Positions 1 through 8,667 of a stretch of DNA of 46,992 nt are shown one piece after another (the first letter of the stretch is position 1; each line of letters starts with the position of its first letter). Below the pieces are notes generated by a model. That model saw nothing but the letters and a program-made list of their open reading frames with translations. It was not told the origin of the DNA and ran no database searches. The stretch comes from an uncultured bacterium (GTDB taxonomy: Bacteria; Omnitrophota; Omnitrophia; Omnitrophales; Aquincolibacteriaceae), in assembly GCA_964420575.1 (NCBI GenBank), contig CAYQTU010000001.1, positions 44,194 to 91,185 of the forward strand, written 5' to 3'. The position numbers and the translations under genes are program-made.

Positions 1-769
1 GGAATTAGTTTCTCATGTTGTGAAAGCCGGAGCGCTTATGGTGGATAACACAAGTGCATTCCGCATGGACCCGGAAGTCCCGCTCGTTATTCCGGAGATC
101 AACCCGGAAGATATTTTTAAGAATAAAGGAGTCATCGCCAACCCGAACTGCTCAACCATCATTATGCTTGTTCCGCTTTGGCCGATCCATAAAGCTGCCA
201 AAATTAAACGGATCGTAGCTGCAACCTACCAGGCCGCAAGCGGTGCCGGCGCGAAGGCTATGGAAGAATTAAAAATCCAGGCTAAAGATTTCCTTAACGG
301 AAAGAAGATCACTCCGAAAGTTTTGCCGCATCAGATCGCTTTTAACGTGTTCTCGCATAATTCCAAGATCGGTCCCGACGGGTATTGCGAGGAGGAAACA
401 AAAATGGTCAAGGAGACCAAGAAGATCTTTCACGCGCCGGAGATCCAGGTAACGGCCACCTGTGTCCGTGTGCCGGTCCTGCGCGCGCATTCTGAAGCGC
501 TTTTTATCCAAACCGAAAAAAAGATCTCTCCGGAAGAAGCTCGGGAGCTTTTATCCAAAGCCGCCGGGGTTAAAGTGATCGATGACCGCGTCAAAAATTA
601 CTTCCCCATGCCTCTTGAAGCCACGGGACAGGATGATATTCTGGTGGGCCGGCTTCGGGTGGATCCGACCGTCGAGAACGGGCTTACGATGTTCGTTTCG
701 GGCGACCAGATCCGCAAGGGCGCCGCGCTGAACGCGGTTCAGATCGCAGAACTTGCTTTTGCAAGCTAA
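1..769 (+). CDS. asd: aspartate-semialdehyde dehydrogenase, 5'-truncated by window edge
   Basis: The frame is open from nt 2, upstream of the listed GTG at 20. Asd-type motifs are present: VDNTSAFRMDPEVPLVIPEINP, the active-site stretch NPNCSTI, and QAASGAG. Confidence 0.9.
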   Translation, partial: ELVSHVVKAGALMVDNTSAFRMDPEVPLVIPEINPEDIFKNKGVIANPNCSTIIMLVPLWPIHKAAKIKRIVAATYQAASGAGAKAMEELKIQAKDFLNGKKITPKVLPHQIAFNVFSHNSKIGPDGYCEEETKMVKETKKIFHAPEIQVTATCVRVPVLRAHSEALFIQTEKKISPEEARELLSKAAGVKVIDDRVKNYFPMPLEATGQDDILVGRLRVDPTVENGLTMFVSGDQIRKGAALNAVQIAELAFAS

Positions 770-846
770 ACTAAAGACCCGAGACCGGAGCCAAAAAGCT
801 TTTGAGTTTTTGGTCCACAGTCTTCAATCCGTAGTTTAAGGTCTAG

Positions 847-1596
847 ATGATGAGAAACATCAAACTCGTCTTGGAATACGACGGTGCGGCCTTTTTCGGG
901 TTTCAAAAACAGCCCGGAAAACCTACCATTCAAGAAGCCCTTGAAAAAGCGCTTTCGACTTTTTTCCGGCATAAAATGAAGATCACAGCCGCAAGCGGGC
1001 GTACAGACAGCGGCGTTCATGCGGAAGAACAGGTCGTAAACTTTAAGGTGAGTAGCCCTGAACCTTTAAAACGGATCCAGCGAGGGCTTAATGCACTTCT
1101 TCCGGATTCGGTTGTGATCAAAACAATTCAAGAAGCTTCTCAGGATTTTCATGCCCGGTATAGTCTCAGATCCAAAACGTATGAATATCGCGTCTGGAAC
1201 CATTCTTACCGGTCGCCGCTTATGGCCGGCCGCGTTTTTCACGTGTCTTATCCTTTAGATCTTGCCTCAATGCGCAAAGCCACCCGTTTTTTGACCGGGA
1301 GACATGACTTTCGGTCTTTTACCTCGCCGGCCATGATGAAAAAAAAAGATGCGTCCTGTGTCCGGACGATCAAGCGTTTTCAGATCAAGAAACGAGGCCA
1401 TCTGATCTTGTTCCAAATTGAGGCGGACGGCTTTCTTTATCATATGATCCGGAACATGATCGGAACGCTTTTAGAGGTCGGAAGAGGGAAGAAGATCCCT
1501 GCCGCTATGACGGCAATCCTCAAGGCTAAGAACCGTTCCTCGGCGGGGATGACGGCTCCTTCCGAAGGCCTTACGCTGCTTAAGGTTAAGTACTAA
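847..1596 (+). CDS. truA: tRNA pseudouridine(38-40) synthase
   Basis: 249 aa. N-terminus LEYDGAAFFGFQKQ and the catalytic-Asp motif GRTDSGVHA. The length is typical of TruA. Confidence 0.9.
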   Translation: MMRNIKLVLEYDGAAFFGFQKQPGKPTIQEALEKALSTFFRHKMKITAASGRTDSGVHAEEQVVNFKVSSPEPLKRIQRGLNALLPDSVVIKTIQEASQDFHARYSLRSKTYEYRVWNHSYRSPLMAGRVFHVSYPLDLASMRKATRFLTGRHDFRSFTSPAMMKKKDASCVRTIKRFQIKKRGHLILFQIEADGFLYHMIRNMIGTLLEVGRGKKIPAAMTAILKAKNRSSAGMTAPSEGLTLLKVKY

Positions 1597-1843
1597 CGCC
1601 TTTTTGCTCTTTTGAACCCTTTGGGGTCCCTTGAAAAAAATAAAAGATGTGTTAAGCTTTGGGCAGATTTTGGCTGTTTTGATTTTTAAAAAGCCGATCG
1701 AGAAGCTCTATAAGGGACGGCAATCCCGTGGGATCGATCCCTCGCTTAAGGGAAATCGGGGGATCTGTCCTCACACTTAGGGCCGAAGCGCTGCGCTTTT
1801 TTATCCCTCCCCTGTAAGTTTCGATCCCTCGAGAGAGAAACGT

Positions 1844-1872
1844 TTGACAGCCTAGAGTGTTTTTGCTATACT
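1844..1872 (+). promoter_or_regulatory. sigma70-type promoter for rplM-rpsI
   Basis: TTGACA (1844-1849), a 17-nt spacer, then TATACT (1867-1872), 40 nt upstream of the rplM ATG. Confidence 0.55.
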
Positions 1873-1912
1873 CCCCAAACTTTTCTAAGGATACTTTCTA
1901 AGGACATTCCGA

Positions 1913-2341
1913 ATGAAAACATTTATTCCCAAAGAAAAAGACATGCAGCACAAGACTTATCTGATCAATGCGGAGGGGAAAACCCTCGGCCGTTTGGCTA
2001 CCCGTGTGGCTTCGCTCTTGATCGGCAAAGGGAAGACCTGCTATATGCCGGATAAACTGATCGGGGACCAGGTCATCGTGATCAATGCCGAAAAGATCCA
2101 CGTGACGGGGAAGAAGAAAGAACAGAAGATCTATAAACACTTCACCGGCTACCCGGGCGGATTAAGGACTTACCCGTATGAAGACCTTATGGCGAAAAAA
2201 CCCCGTGAGATCATTATGCGGGCTGTTTCACGCATGTTGCCGCACAACCGGCTCGGGGACAAAATGCTGAAAAGACTCCGTGTTTATACCGGTGCCGCTC
2301 ATCAACAAAAGGCTCAAAAGCCTTTAACCTTAGAGGTTTGA
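1913..2341 (+). CDS. rplM: 50S ribosomal protein L13
   Basis: 142 aa. The N-terminus KTYLINAEGKTLGRLATRVASLLIGKGK is typical of L13. Confidence 0.95.
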   Translation: MKTFIPKEKDMQHKTYLINAEGKTLGRLATRVASLLIGKGKTCYMPDKLIGDQVIVINAEKIHVTGKKKEQKIYKHFTGYPGGLRTYPYEDLMAKKPREIIMRAVSRMLPHNRLGDKMLKRLRVYTGAAHQQKAQKPLTLEV

Positions 2342-2343
2342 TC

Positions 2344-2736
2344 ATGACCGCTTCATCTTTTTATGCCACCGGACGCCGTAAAAATGCGATCGCACGCGTC
2401 TGGCTTTTTCCGGGCCAAAAAGGCTTTACGATCAACGGCCAGGACTCCATGCAATACTTCAAACGCGCCAACCTCCAAATGATCGTGGAACAACCTTTGA
2501 AAGTTTCGAATCTGCTGGGTCAGGCGCGTATCCGTGCTCGGGTCCAGGGCGGCGGAGTAGCAGGACAGGCCGGAGCGATCCGTTTAGGGATCTCACGGGC
2601 TTTGGTCAGCTATCAGGAAGGGCTGCGTCCAGCGCTACGCCAGGGCGGGCACTTGACGCGGGATCCCCGTAAAAAAGAAAGAAAGAAACCCGGCCGCAAA
2701 GGCGCTCGCAGAAGCTTCCAGTTTACCAAACGTTAA
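2344..2736 (+). CDS. rpsI: 30S ribosomal protein S9
   Basis: The ORF track starts at TTG 2338. ATG 2344 is preferred because GAGG lies 7 nt upstream. YATGRRKNAIARV and the C-terminal KKPGRKGARRSFQFTKR are S9 hallmarks. Confidence 0.95.
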   Translation: MTASSFYATGRRKNAIARVWLFPGQKGFTINGQDSMQYFKRANLQMIVEQPLKVSNLLGQARIRARVQGGGVAGQAGAIRLGISRALVSYQEGLRPALRQGGHLTRDPRKKERKKPGRKGARRSFQFTKR

Positions 2737-2870
2737 TGCGATCCTTTGTTCTTTTCGCCTTTGTTCTCGTCATGGCTTTTCTGGTTATCGGTTGCCAGGG
2801 TTTTTTAGACGATTACAATTATTCTCCCGTCGGTTTTGGGTCTATGCAATCCAGTCCGACCAATCCTTGA
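2736..2870 (+). CDS. putative small lipoprotein (44 aa), absent from the ORF track
   Basis: The ATG overlaps the rpsI stop (TAATG, 2734-2738). Translation: MRSFVLFAFVLVMAFLVIGCQGFLDDYNYSPVGFGSMQSSPTNP. It has a basic N-terminus, a hydrophobic core and the lipobox VIGC. There is no homology support. Confidence 0.4.
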   Translation: MRSFVLFAFVLVMAFLVIGCQGFLDDYNYSPVGFGSMQSSPTNP

Positions 2871-2911
2871 TCATCGGGGGAATTCTTTTTTCCAGATCTT
2901 TTGTAGTTTGA

Positions 2912-5431
2912 ATGAAGCTGAGCGAAAATAAAAAAGGTTCCATGAAAAAGATCGTTAAGCTCTTGCCCGCTGTATGCCTGCTCCTGGTGGCTCTGGCTAT
3001 TGGGGCATGGATCTATGCCGATACGCTGTTGAAATCCCCTCAAGCTCAAGAACGGACCCTTCAAAAGATCCAAGAACTTACCGAAAGCACTCTCACTTAT
3101 CAGAAGATCAAATCCGGTTCTTTTCCGGTCCCGCATGTTACTTTACAGGATGCGGAAATCAGTTTCCCGGTCAATGTTTTTACGGTCAAAGCGGAAAAGA
3201 TCCAATTGAAATTAAGTATTCTTCCTTTGATCTTCGGCAAAAAAGAGATCGGTGGCATTCAGATCTCGAATGCGAACTTCCAGGATACCGACAGCACCTC
3301 TCCCTTGAAAGAATTGAAACGGATTGACCGTTTTTCCTTAAAGACCGGAGCTATCCGTCTTCATCATATGGTCCCGGTCCGGTGGGTAAGTAGTGTGGGC
3401 GGTGTGGCGAACGCTTTATCGGTCAAAGGGAATGTGTTGGTCGATTCTCATGAAAAATGGACTTGGGGTCAACTTGGACTTCATCTGACGGCTGAGCTGA
3501 AGAATTTACCGGTGGCGGATCCGCAAGCGCTTTCGGTCCTTCCGGGGAACTCTTTCCTTCTTAAAGGCGGGCAGGTGAGCGGTTCCTTAGAGCTTCATAA
3601 GAAGACCCAAGAACCTTTTTTGAACGTTAAAAGTAGCGGAAAGATCAAGGAGCTTGTTTACGAAGTGCTTCATCAGACCAATTGGGTCCGTCCGCCGTCC
3701 ATGGACGGCGATTTCGGATTATCCGGTTCCTGGAACTATGAAACCGAAGACCTGAAATTGGAAAAAAGTTTCATCCGTTTTCCGATCGGCAGGATCGAAG
3801 CCAACGGGGAGCTTAAAGCGAGCACGCGCGAGATCCGCGGCATGCACATTTCGGTTTCGGATATTGTTCTTGAAAAGATCATGCAGTATTGCCCGGCTCT
3901 GGAGAATGCCATCCCGTTCCATATCGGTTTTTCCGGTCTTAGCAATTGGGTCATTTCCATGCAGGGGACATTGGATCATCTCTCATTACATTTAAATTGC
4001 GATCTGACGCGGGCACTCTTGTCTTACGGAAATTATTTCCGTAAACCGAAAGATCTGCCCTTTGATCTGACCTTTGATTATCTGGTTCAGAACGGGAAGA
4101 GCCTTTCCGGGGATTTTTCGGTCCACTTTCAGGAGATCGGGACCAAAGGGAATCTGACGGACCTGAACCTGGAAACGGGGCAAGGCCAGTTAAACTTGAT
4201 CACCAACAAGTTCTCTTTGAACGGATGGGAAAAATTCATCCCGCTCCTAGAAAAATACCGTATCCAAGGAGATGCGAAAATCCTGGCGAATTGGAAAGGG
4301 GACCTGAGAAAACTTGAATCCGCGGAACATATCTTTCATGTGACGATCGAAAAAGGTTCCTGGGTGGGCACGGACGGGCAGGGGGTCCAGAACGCCCAAT
4401 TATCCTTTGACGTGAGCCCGCTCATGATTGAAGGTAAACAAATGCAATTCCAGGTCGGGAATTCACCCGTCGTTGCCGATCTGGCGGTCCTGAACCTCCA
4501 GACCCAGCCTCAAGCCCGGATCCGGGTCGTTTCCGGGGAGTTTGATCCTTTAGGGGTTTGGCAGTCGGTCGCGGCGCTTTTTCCGGAAATTTTCAAGGAA
4601 AGATCTTCTGAGATCTACCCGCAAATCCGGCATTCCATCGAAGCGCTTTTCCCGGCAGGAAAGACCGCCAGGAATTTTTCGGTGGATATGGATTACGATA
4701 CTGAACTATGGAATATTCAGAACTTGCGCTTTGAGGCGTATGAAGGCCAAGCCGACCTGAAAGGGTCTTTGGATTTCCGCGATGACCGTTTTCGTTATAT
4801 CTGTGAAGGAGAGATCCGCGGATTGAACCTCGGCCTTTTTGTGGATCGCAAGGCCCCGGCCCCGAAAATGCTGGACGGGACCACGCACTTGAAACTTTAT
4901 CTGGAAGGCGAAGGATGGGGCGAAGAAGCCTGGCGGAGATTTTTGGCCGGGCAGGGGAACATGACGGTCGAGAATGGACAGTTCAATGATCTGGATATCC
5001 CGGACGCTCTTTCCAGGATCCGCTCTTTTGAAAAGATCACCGAAGTGATCGGGGATAAGGACCGGAAGGCCTTCAGTCAACTTGATTTCAAATGGGATCT
5101 AAAGGACGGTAAGCTGACGACCGAGAACCTGCTCCTTAAGAAGAACGAGAATATCATTGTGGATGGCGAAGGGACTTTAGGATTTGACGGACTGCTTAAT
5201 TTCAGGCTGGATGTATTCCTTCCGCCGGTCATTGCCCAGGAACTTTTCCCGTTTTTGTCCCGTTCTTTCCAGAAGGAAGAGAACGTTTATCTGGGGCCTA
5301 TCCCGATCCTTTTATCCGGGCCGTTCGAAAAACCCGAACTGAAGCCGGATCCGGCACAAGTAGAAATTTTGGAAGATCATATTGCCAACGAACGTTCGGA
5401 TGAGGTTCTCCTGCAGCTGATCCTGCAGTGA
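2912..5431 (+). CDS. AsmA-family outer-membrane biogenesis protein
   Basis: 839 aa. It has an N-terminal membrane anchor (KLLPAVCLLLVALAIGAWIY) followed by a long beta-rich region laid out like AsmA. ATG 2942 (MKKIVKLL, with AAAGG upstream) is an alternative and possibly better start. Confidence 0.6.
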   Translation: MKLSENKKGSMKKIVKLLPAVCLLLVALAIGAWIYADTLLKSPQAQERTLQKIQELTESTLTYQKIKSGSFPVPHVTLQDAEISFPVNVFTVKAEKIQLKLSILPLIFGKKEIGGIQISNANFQDTDSTSPLKELKRIDRFSLKTGAIRLHHMVPVRWVSSVGGVANALSVKGNVLVDSHEKWTWGQLGLHLTAELKNLPVADPQALSVLPGNSFLLKGGQVSGSLELHKKTQEPFLNVKSSGKIKELVYEVLHQTNWVRPPSMDGDFGLSGSWNYETEDLKLEKSFIRFPIGRIEANGELKASTREIRGMHISVSDIVLEKIMQYCPALENAIPFHIGFSGLSNWVISMQGTLDHLSLHLNCDLTRALLSYGNYFRKPKDLPFDLTFDYLVQNGKSLSGDFSVHFQEIGTKGNLTDLNLETGQGQLNLITNKFSLNGWEKFIPLLEKYRIQGDAKILANWKGDLRKLESAEHIFHVTIEKGSWVGTDGQGVQNAQLSFDVSPLMIEGKQMQFQVGNSPVVADLAVLNLQTQPQARIRVVSGEFDPLGVWQSVAALFPEIFKERSSEIYPQIRHSIEALFPAGKTARNFSVDMDYDTELWNIQNLRFEAYEGQADLKGSLDFRDDRFRYICEGEIRGLNLGLFVDRKAPAPKMLDGTTHLKLYLEGEGWGEEAWRRFLAGQGNMTVENGQFNDLDIPDALSRIRSFEKITEVIGDKDRKAFSQLDFKWDLKDGKLTTENLLLKKNENIIVDGEGTLGFDGLLNFRLDVFLPPVIAQELFPFLSRSFQKEENVYLGPIPILLSGPFEKPELKPDPAQVEILEDHIANERSDEVLLQLILQ

Positions 5432-5437
5432 TTTTCT

Positions 5438-6175
5438 TTAAATCCCCGCCAGTGATTTTCTCTCTTTAAGTTCCTTCCGGATCATCCGGATCAATTGGAA
5501 CGCTGCTTTGATCTCGGAATCCCGACGCATCCTGGAACATGCGGTCGCCTTGCGTTTGCGGTCGATCGACACAGTCGTTTTAACGCCTTGGGAAGAATAA
5601 TGGTGTTTGTACTGCGGCAGTTTTTGCCAGTGGCGGAGCGTCAATTCCTGAAGTGCGCTTTTCGGATTGGGGTCCAGACGGAAAAGAAGTTTAGGGTCGA
5701 AATAATCTTTGAAAAGCTTAAGAATGAATTTTTGAACTTGTCCTTGCCCGCGGTCAAAATAGATCGCCGCAAAAAGTGCTTCCAGCGCGTCCGTCAGGAC
5801 CTTAGCCTTTAACCCGCCTTTAAGACTTTGACGCAGGCTTTTTCCGATCCGAAGGATCTTTTCAAGCTTTAAATCTCCGGCGATCCGGCTCAGGATCTTC
5901 CGTGAAACCAGCGTGGACCTTAAACGGCTCAACATCCCTTCGTTGGCTTCCGGAAAGGCACTGAAGAGTTTTTGACAGATCGTTTCGTTCAGGATCGCAT
6001 CGCCCAAGAACTCCAGCCGGTCGAAATCTTCCAGTTTTTCAGCCGGATTTTCATTCCGGTAGGAAGGATGGGTCAGTGCAGCCGAATATCCTGCAAGGTT
6101 CTTGACCGGAAAACCGAGCTTTTTCTTTAAAGTGACCTTTGAGATCGTAGAGGAGGATACCTTTTTTGCGCACAT
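5438..6175 (-). CDS. rnc: ribonuclease III
   Basis: 245 aa. RNase III signature ALTHPSY...DRLEFLGDAIL plus a C-terminal dsRBD-like region. Confidence 0.9.
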   Translation of the reverse strand: MCAKKVSSSTISKVTLKKKLGFPVKNLAGYSAALTHPSYRNENPAEKLEDFDRLEFLGDAILNETICQKLFSAFPEANEGMLSRLRSTLVSRKILSRIAGDLKLEKILRIGKSLRQSLKGGLKAKVLTDALEALFAAIYFDRGQGQVQKFILKLFKDYFDPKLLFRLDPNPKSALQELTLRHWQKLPQYKHHYSSQGVKTTVSIDRKRKATACSRMRRDSEIKAAFQLIRMIRKELKERKSLAGI

Positions 6176-6304
6176 AGAGGTACCATAAGAGTTTTCGGCT
6201 TCTGTGTCAATAAGGAAAATGCCGTAACCCTTTTCAGGGATAGAGGATAGGAATACCCTCAGCGGCGTTGTTGTTTTTTTGGATATTTGTCGTAACTTCT
6301 TAAA

Positions 6305-6333
6305 TTGACAAAGGATAGAGCCATTCCTATAAT
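6305..6333 (+). promoter_or_regulatory. consensus sigma70 promoter of the arg operon
   Basis: TTGACA (6305-6310), a 17-nt spacer, then TATAAT (6328-6333), about 85 nt upstream of argC. Confidence 0.6.
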
Positions 6334-6347
6334 ACCGAATTCACCAT

Positions 6348-6367
6348 CCTGACTTTCAGGTTTTTTT
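6348..6367 (+). promoter_or_regulatory. terminator-like hairpin plus T7 run in the arg leader (possible attenuator)
   Basis: CCTGA (6348-6352), loop CTT, TCAGG (6356-6360), followed by TTTTTTT (6361-6367). CCTGAC can alternatively pair with GTCAGG at 6379-6384. The stem is only 5 bp, so support is weak. Confidence 0.25.
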
Positions 6368-6417
6368 GATCTTACGCGGTCAGGAGAGCCCCGAAGAAGG
6401 AGAAACAGAGAAGAAAA

Positions 6418-7440
6418 ATGCTCAATTGCGCGGTTCTTGGCGCCACGGGATACACGGGAGCCGAACTCACGAAATTGCTTCTTAGACATCCCCACGTCCG
6501 AGTTTCCAATCTGACCACACGGCAGGAAAAACCGATCCCGTTAAACGAGATCCTGTCCGGCGTTTCTAAAGCCATCAAATTGAAGATCACCCCATACGCT
6601 TTCGATGAAGTGAAAAAGAAAGCCGATGTGGTTTTTCTCTGCTTGCCTCATACCGAGGCCATGACCACCGCGGATCAGTTTTTGAGTGCCGGAAAAGTGG
6701 TCATTGACCTTTCTGCGGATTTCCGGATCAAAGATAAAAGAACTTATGAAAAATGGTACGCGGTCGAACACACCAATGCCGAACGGCTTTCCGAAGCGGT
6801 GTACGGTCTTTCGGAAGTTTACCGGACTAAGATCAAAAAAGCGGACCTAATCGCGAACCCGGGCTGTTACCCGACCGGGCCGTCGCTTGCGCTGATCCCG
6901 CTCCTCAGGAAAAAATTGATCGATCCCAAGACCATTATTATCAATGCCGCATCGGGCGTGAGCGGTGCGGGGAAAAAACTTGTGACGGCCACGCAATTTT
7001 GCGAAGTGACCGAAAATTACAGCGCTTATAAAGTGAACAAACACCAGCATATGCCCGAGATCGAACAGACGCTTTCCGAAGCCGCCGGCAAACCCGTCAA
7101 GATCACGTTCGTGCCGCATCTTTTGCCGGTCCACCGGGGCATTCTGGCGACGATCTATCTGGAACAAGCGGCCAAAGCCTCTGAGGCCAAGGTCCGCCAA
7201 GCCCTCGAGGACGCCTACGGCGGAGAACCTTTTGTGCGGATCAGACCCGAAGGCCGGTTCCCGTCCCTGAAAGACGTCCAGCATACGAACTTTTGTGATA
7301 TCGGAGTGACCGCGGATTCGTCCACGGGCCGCATCGTGATCCTCACGGCGATCGATAATCTTATTAAAGGCGCAGCCGGACAGGCTGTGCAGAACATGAA
7401 CATCCGGTTCGGTTTCCCGGAAGAAGCGGGGCTGATTTAA
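6418..7440 (+). CDS. argC: N-acetyl-gamma-glutamyl-phosphate reductase
   Basis: 340 aa. VLGATGYTGAELTKLLLRHP and the active-site stretch NPGCYPTG. Confidence 0.95.
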   Translation: MLNCAVLGATGYTGAELTKLLLRHPHVRVSNLTTRQEKPIPLNEILSGVSKAIKLKITPYAFDEVKKKADVVFLCLPHTEAMTTADQFLSAGKVVIDLSADFRIKDKRTYEKWYAVEHTNAERLSEAVYGLSEVYRTKIKKADLIANPGCYPTGPSLALIPLLRKKLIDPKTIIINAASGVSGAGKKLVTATQFCEVTENYSAYKVNKHQHMPEIEQTLSEAAGKPVKITFVPHLLPVHRGILATIYLEQAAKASEAKVRQALEDAYGGEPFVRIRPEGRFPSLKDVQHTNFCDIGVTADSSTGRIVILTAIDNLIKGAAGQAVQNMNIRFGFPEEAGLI

Positions 7441-7441
7441 G

Positions 7442-8662
7442 ATGAAAAAACCTTTTTGGAAAAGAGAACGGAACGGTTCGGTGACCACGCCGTTGGGTTT
7501 TGTGGCGGCCGGGATCCACGCAGGCATCAAAAAGAAAAAGAAAAAATATGACGTGGCATTAATTTACTCAAGAACGCCTTGCGTAGCGGCCGGGACGTTC
7601 ACCACGAATCGTGCCAAGGCCTGGCCCGTGATGCAGTCGATGAAAGCGATCCATTCGCCGAAGCATCATGCGATCCTGGGGACGAGCGGGAATGCCAATT
7701 GTTTGAACGGTCCGGTCGGCAAAAAGGCCGTGGATGAATTGATCTGGGAAACGGCCAAGCAGCTGGATATTCTTCCCAATGAAGTTTTGATCGCGCAGAC
7801 CGGGATCATCGGAGTGCCGTTCCCGATCAGCTGTGTGAAACGTGCGTTGCCGAAACTTGCCGTGAAATTGTCCGAAAAAGGAGGGCACGGTGCGGCCAAA
7901 GGGATCTTGACGACCGACCTTTCGACCAAAGAGATCGCGCTTTCGCTGGAGCTCGGCGGAAAAAAAGTCACGATCGCAGCCTGCGCCAAAGGCGCGGGCA
8001 TGGTGCATCCCAACATGGCGACCATGCTTTGCTTCATCACGACCGACGTGGCGATCACAAAACAGCTTTTGCGGCGGGCCGTGCGGCATGCCGCGGATGA
8101 TACATTCAATCAAATGGCGATCGATAATGATATGAGTACGAACGATACGGTGCTTTGCCTTGCTAACGGGGAAGCCCAGAACCCGACGATCCAGAAAGTG
8201 GGGAAGGATTATTGGATGTTCCGTGAAGCGCTCGAAGAAGTGATGCGGTATATTGCCCACGAGATGGTGACGGACGGGGAAGGCGTGACTCATGTGTGCC
8301 GGCTGCGGCTTTCCGGGGCCAAAAAACCCACGGATGCCGAACGGGCTGCGCGACAGATCGCGAATTCGATGTTATTCAAAACAATGCTGGCCGGGTCGAA
8401 TCCGAATTGGGGAAGGATCGCGGCTGCGGTCGGGGCGAGCGGCGTGGATTTTAAACCGACAGACCTCAGCATCTGGTTTGGGGATGCCGAAGTGGTCCAC
8501 CAGGGGAAATTACGCGCGCTGAACCTTCCGAAGGCTAGGCGCATTTTGCAGAAAAAAGAGTATACGATCGATGTGGTGATCGGGAAAGGACGCGGCCGGG
8601 CAGAGTTCATTACGTCAGACTTAACGACGAAATATGTTCTTATTAACGCCGCGTATTCCTGA
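7442..8662 (+). CDS. argJ: bifunctional glutamate N-acetyltransferase / amino-acid acetyltransferase
   Basis: 406 aa. ArgJ autoprocessing region PNMATMLCFITTD and the C-terminal INAAYS. Confidence 0.95.
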   Translation: MKKPFWKRERNGSVTTPLGFVAAGIHAGIKKKKKKYDVALIYSRTPCVAAGTFTTNRAKAWPVMQSMKAIHSPKHHAILGTSGNANCLNGPVGKKAVDELIWETAKQLDILPNEVLIAQTGIIGVPFPISCVKRALPKLAVKLSEKGGHGAAKGILTTDLSTKEIALSLELGGKKVTIAACAKGAGMVHPNMATMLCFITTDVAITKQLLRRAVRHAADDTFNQMAIDNDMSTNDTVLCLANGEAQNPTIQKVGKDYWMFREALEEVMRYIAHEMVTDGEGVTHVCRLRLSGAKKPTDAERAARQIANSMLFKTMLAGSNPNWGRIAAAVGASGVDFKPTDLSIWFGDAEVVHQGKLRALNLPKARRILQKKEYTIDVVIGKGRGRAEFITSDLTTKYVLINAAYS

Positions 8663-8667
8663 TCGGC

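Noticed and set aside
1339-1347. An A9 homopolymer inside truA, and the A/G-rich lysine run in argJ (7529-7546), considered as slip-strand or phase-variation sites.
   Set aside because: Both are in frame in essential housekeeping genes, and their lengths are modest. There is no evidence of frameshifted alternative products.
2743-2767. The 10-nt direct repeat CCTTTGTTCT occurring twice with a 15-nt period, considered as a regulatory repeat.
   Set aside because: It is better explained as coding for the repeated FVL hydrophobic stretch within the signal peptide of the small lipoprotein ORF.
6176-6417. A search for an ArgR/AhrC ARG box (TGAAT-4 A/T bases-ATTCA) and for real genes in ORFs 6259-6495 and 6372-6590.
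   Set aside because: Only a lone GAATTCA and a 6-bp inverted repeat (TTTGTC-N14-GACAAA across the -35) are present, and neither fits the ARG box. The two minus-strand ORFs span the promoter and the argC start and have no support.
8393-8403. GGGTCGAATCC, resembling a tRNA T-arm, seen while scanning for tRNAs.
   Set aside because: It lies inside argJ with no acceptor, D or anticodon arms around it. I found no tRNA, rRNA or tmRNA-like architecture anywhere in the window.
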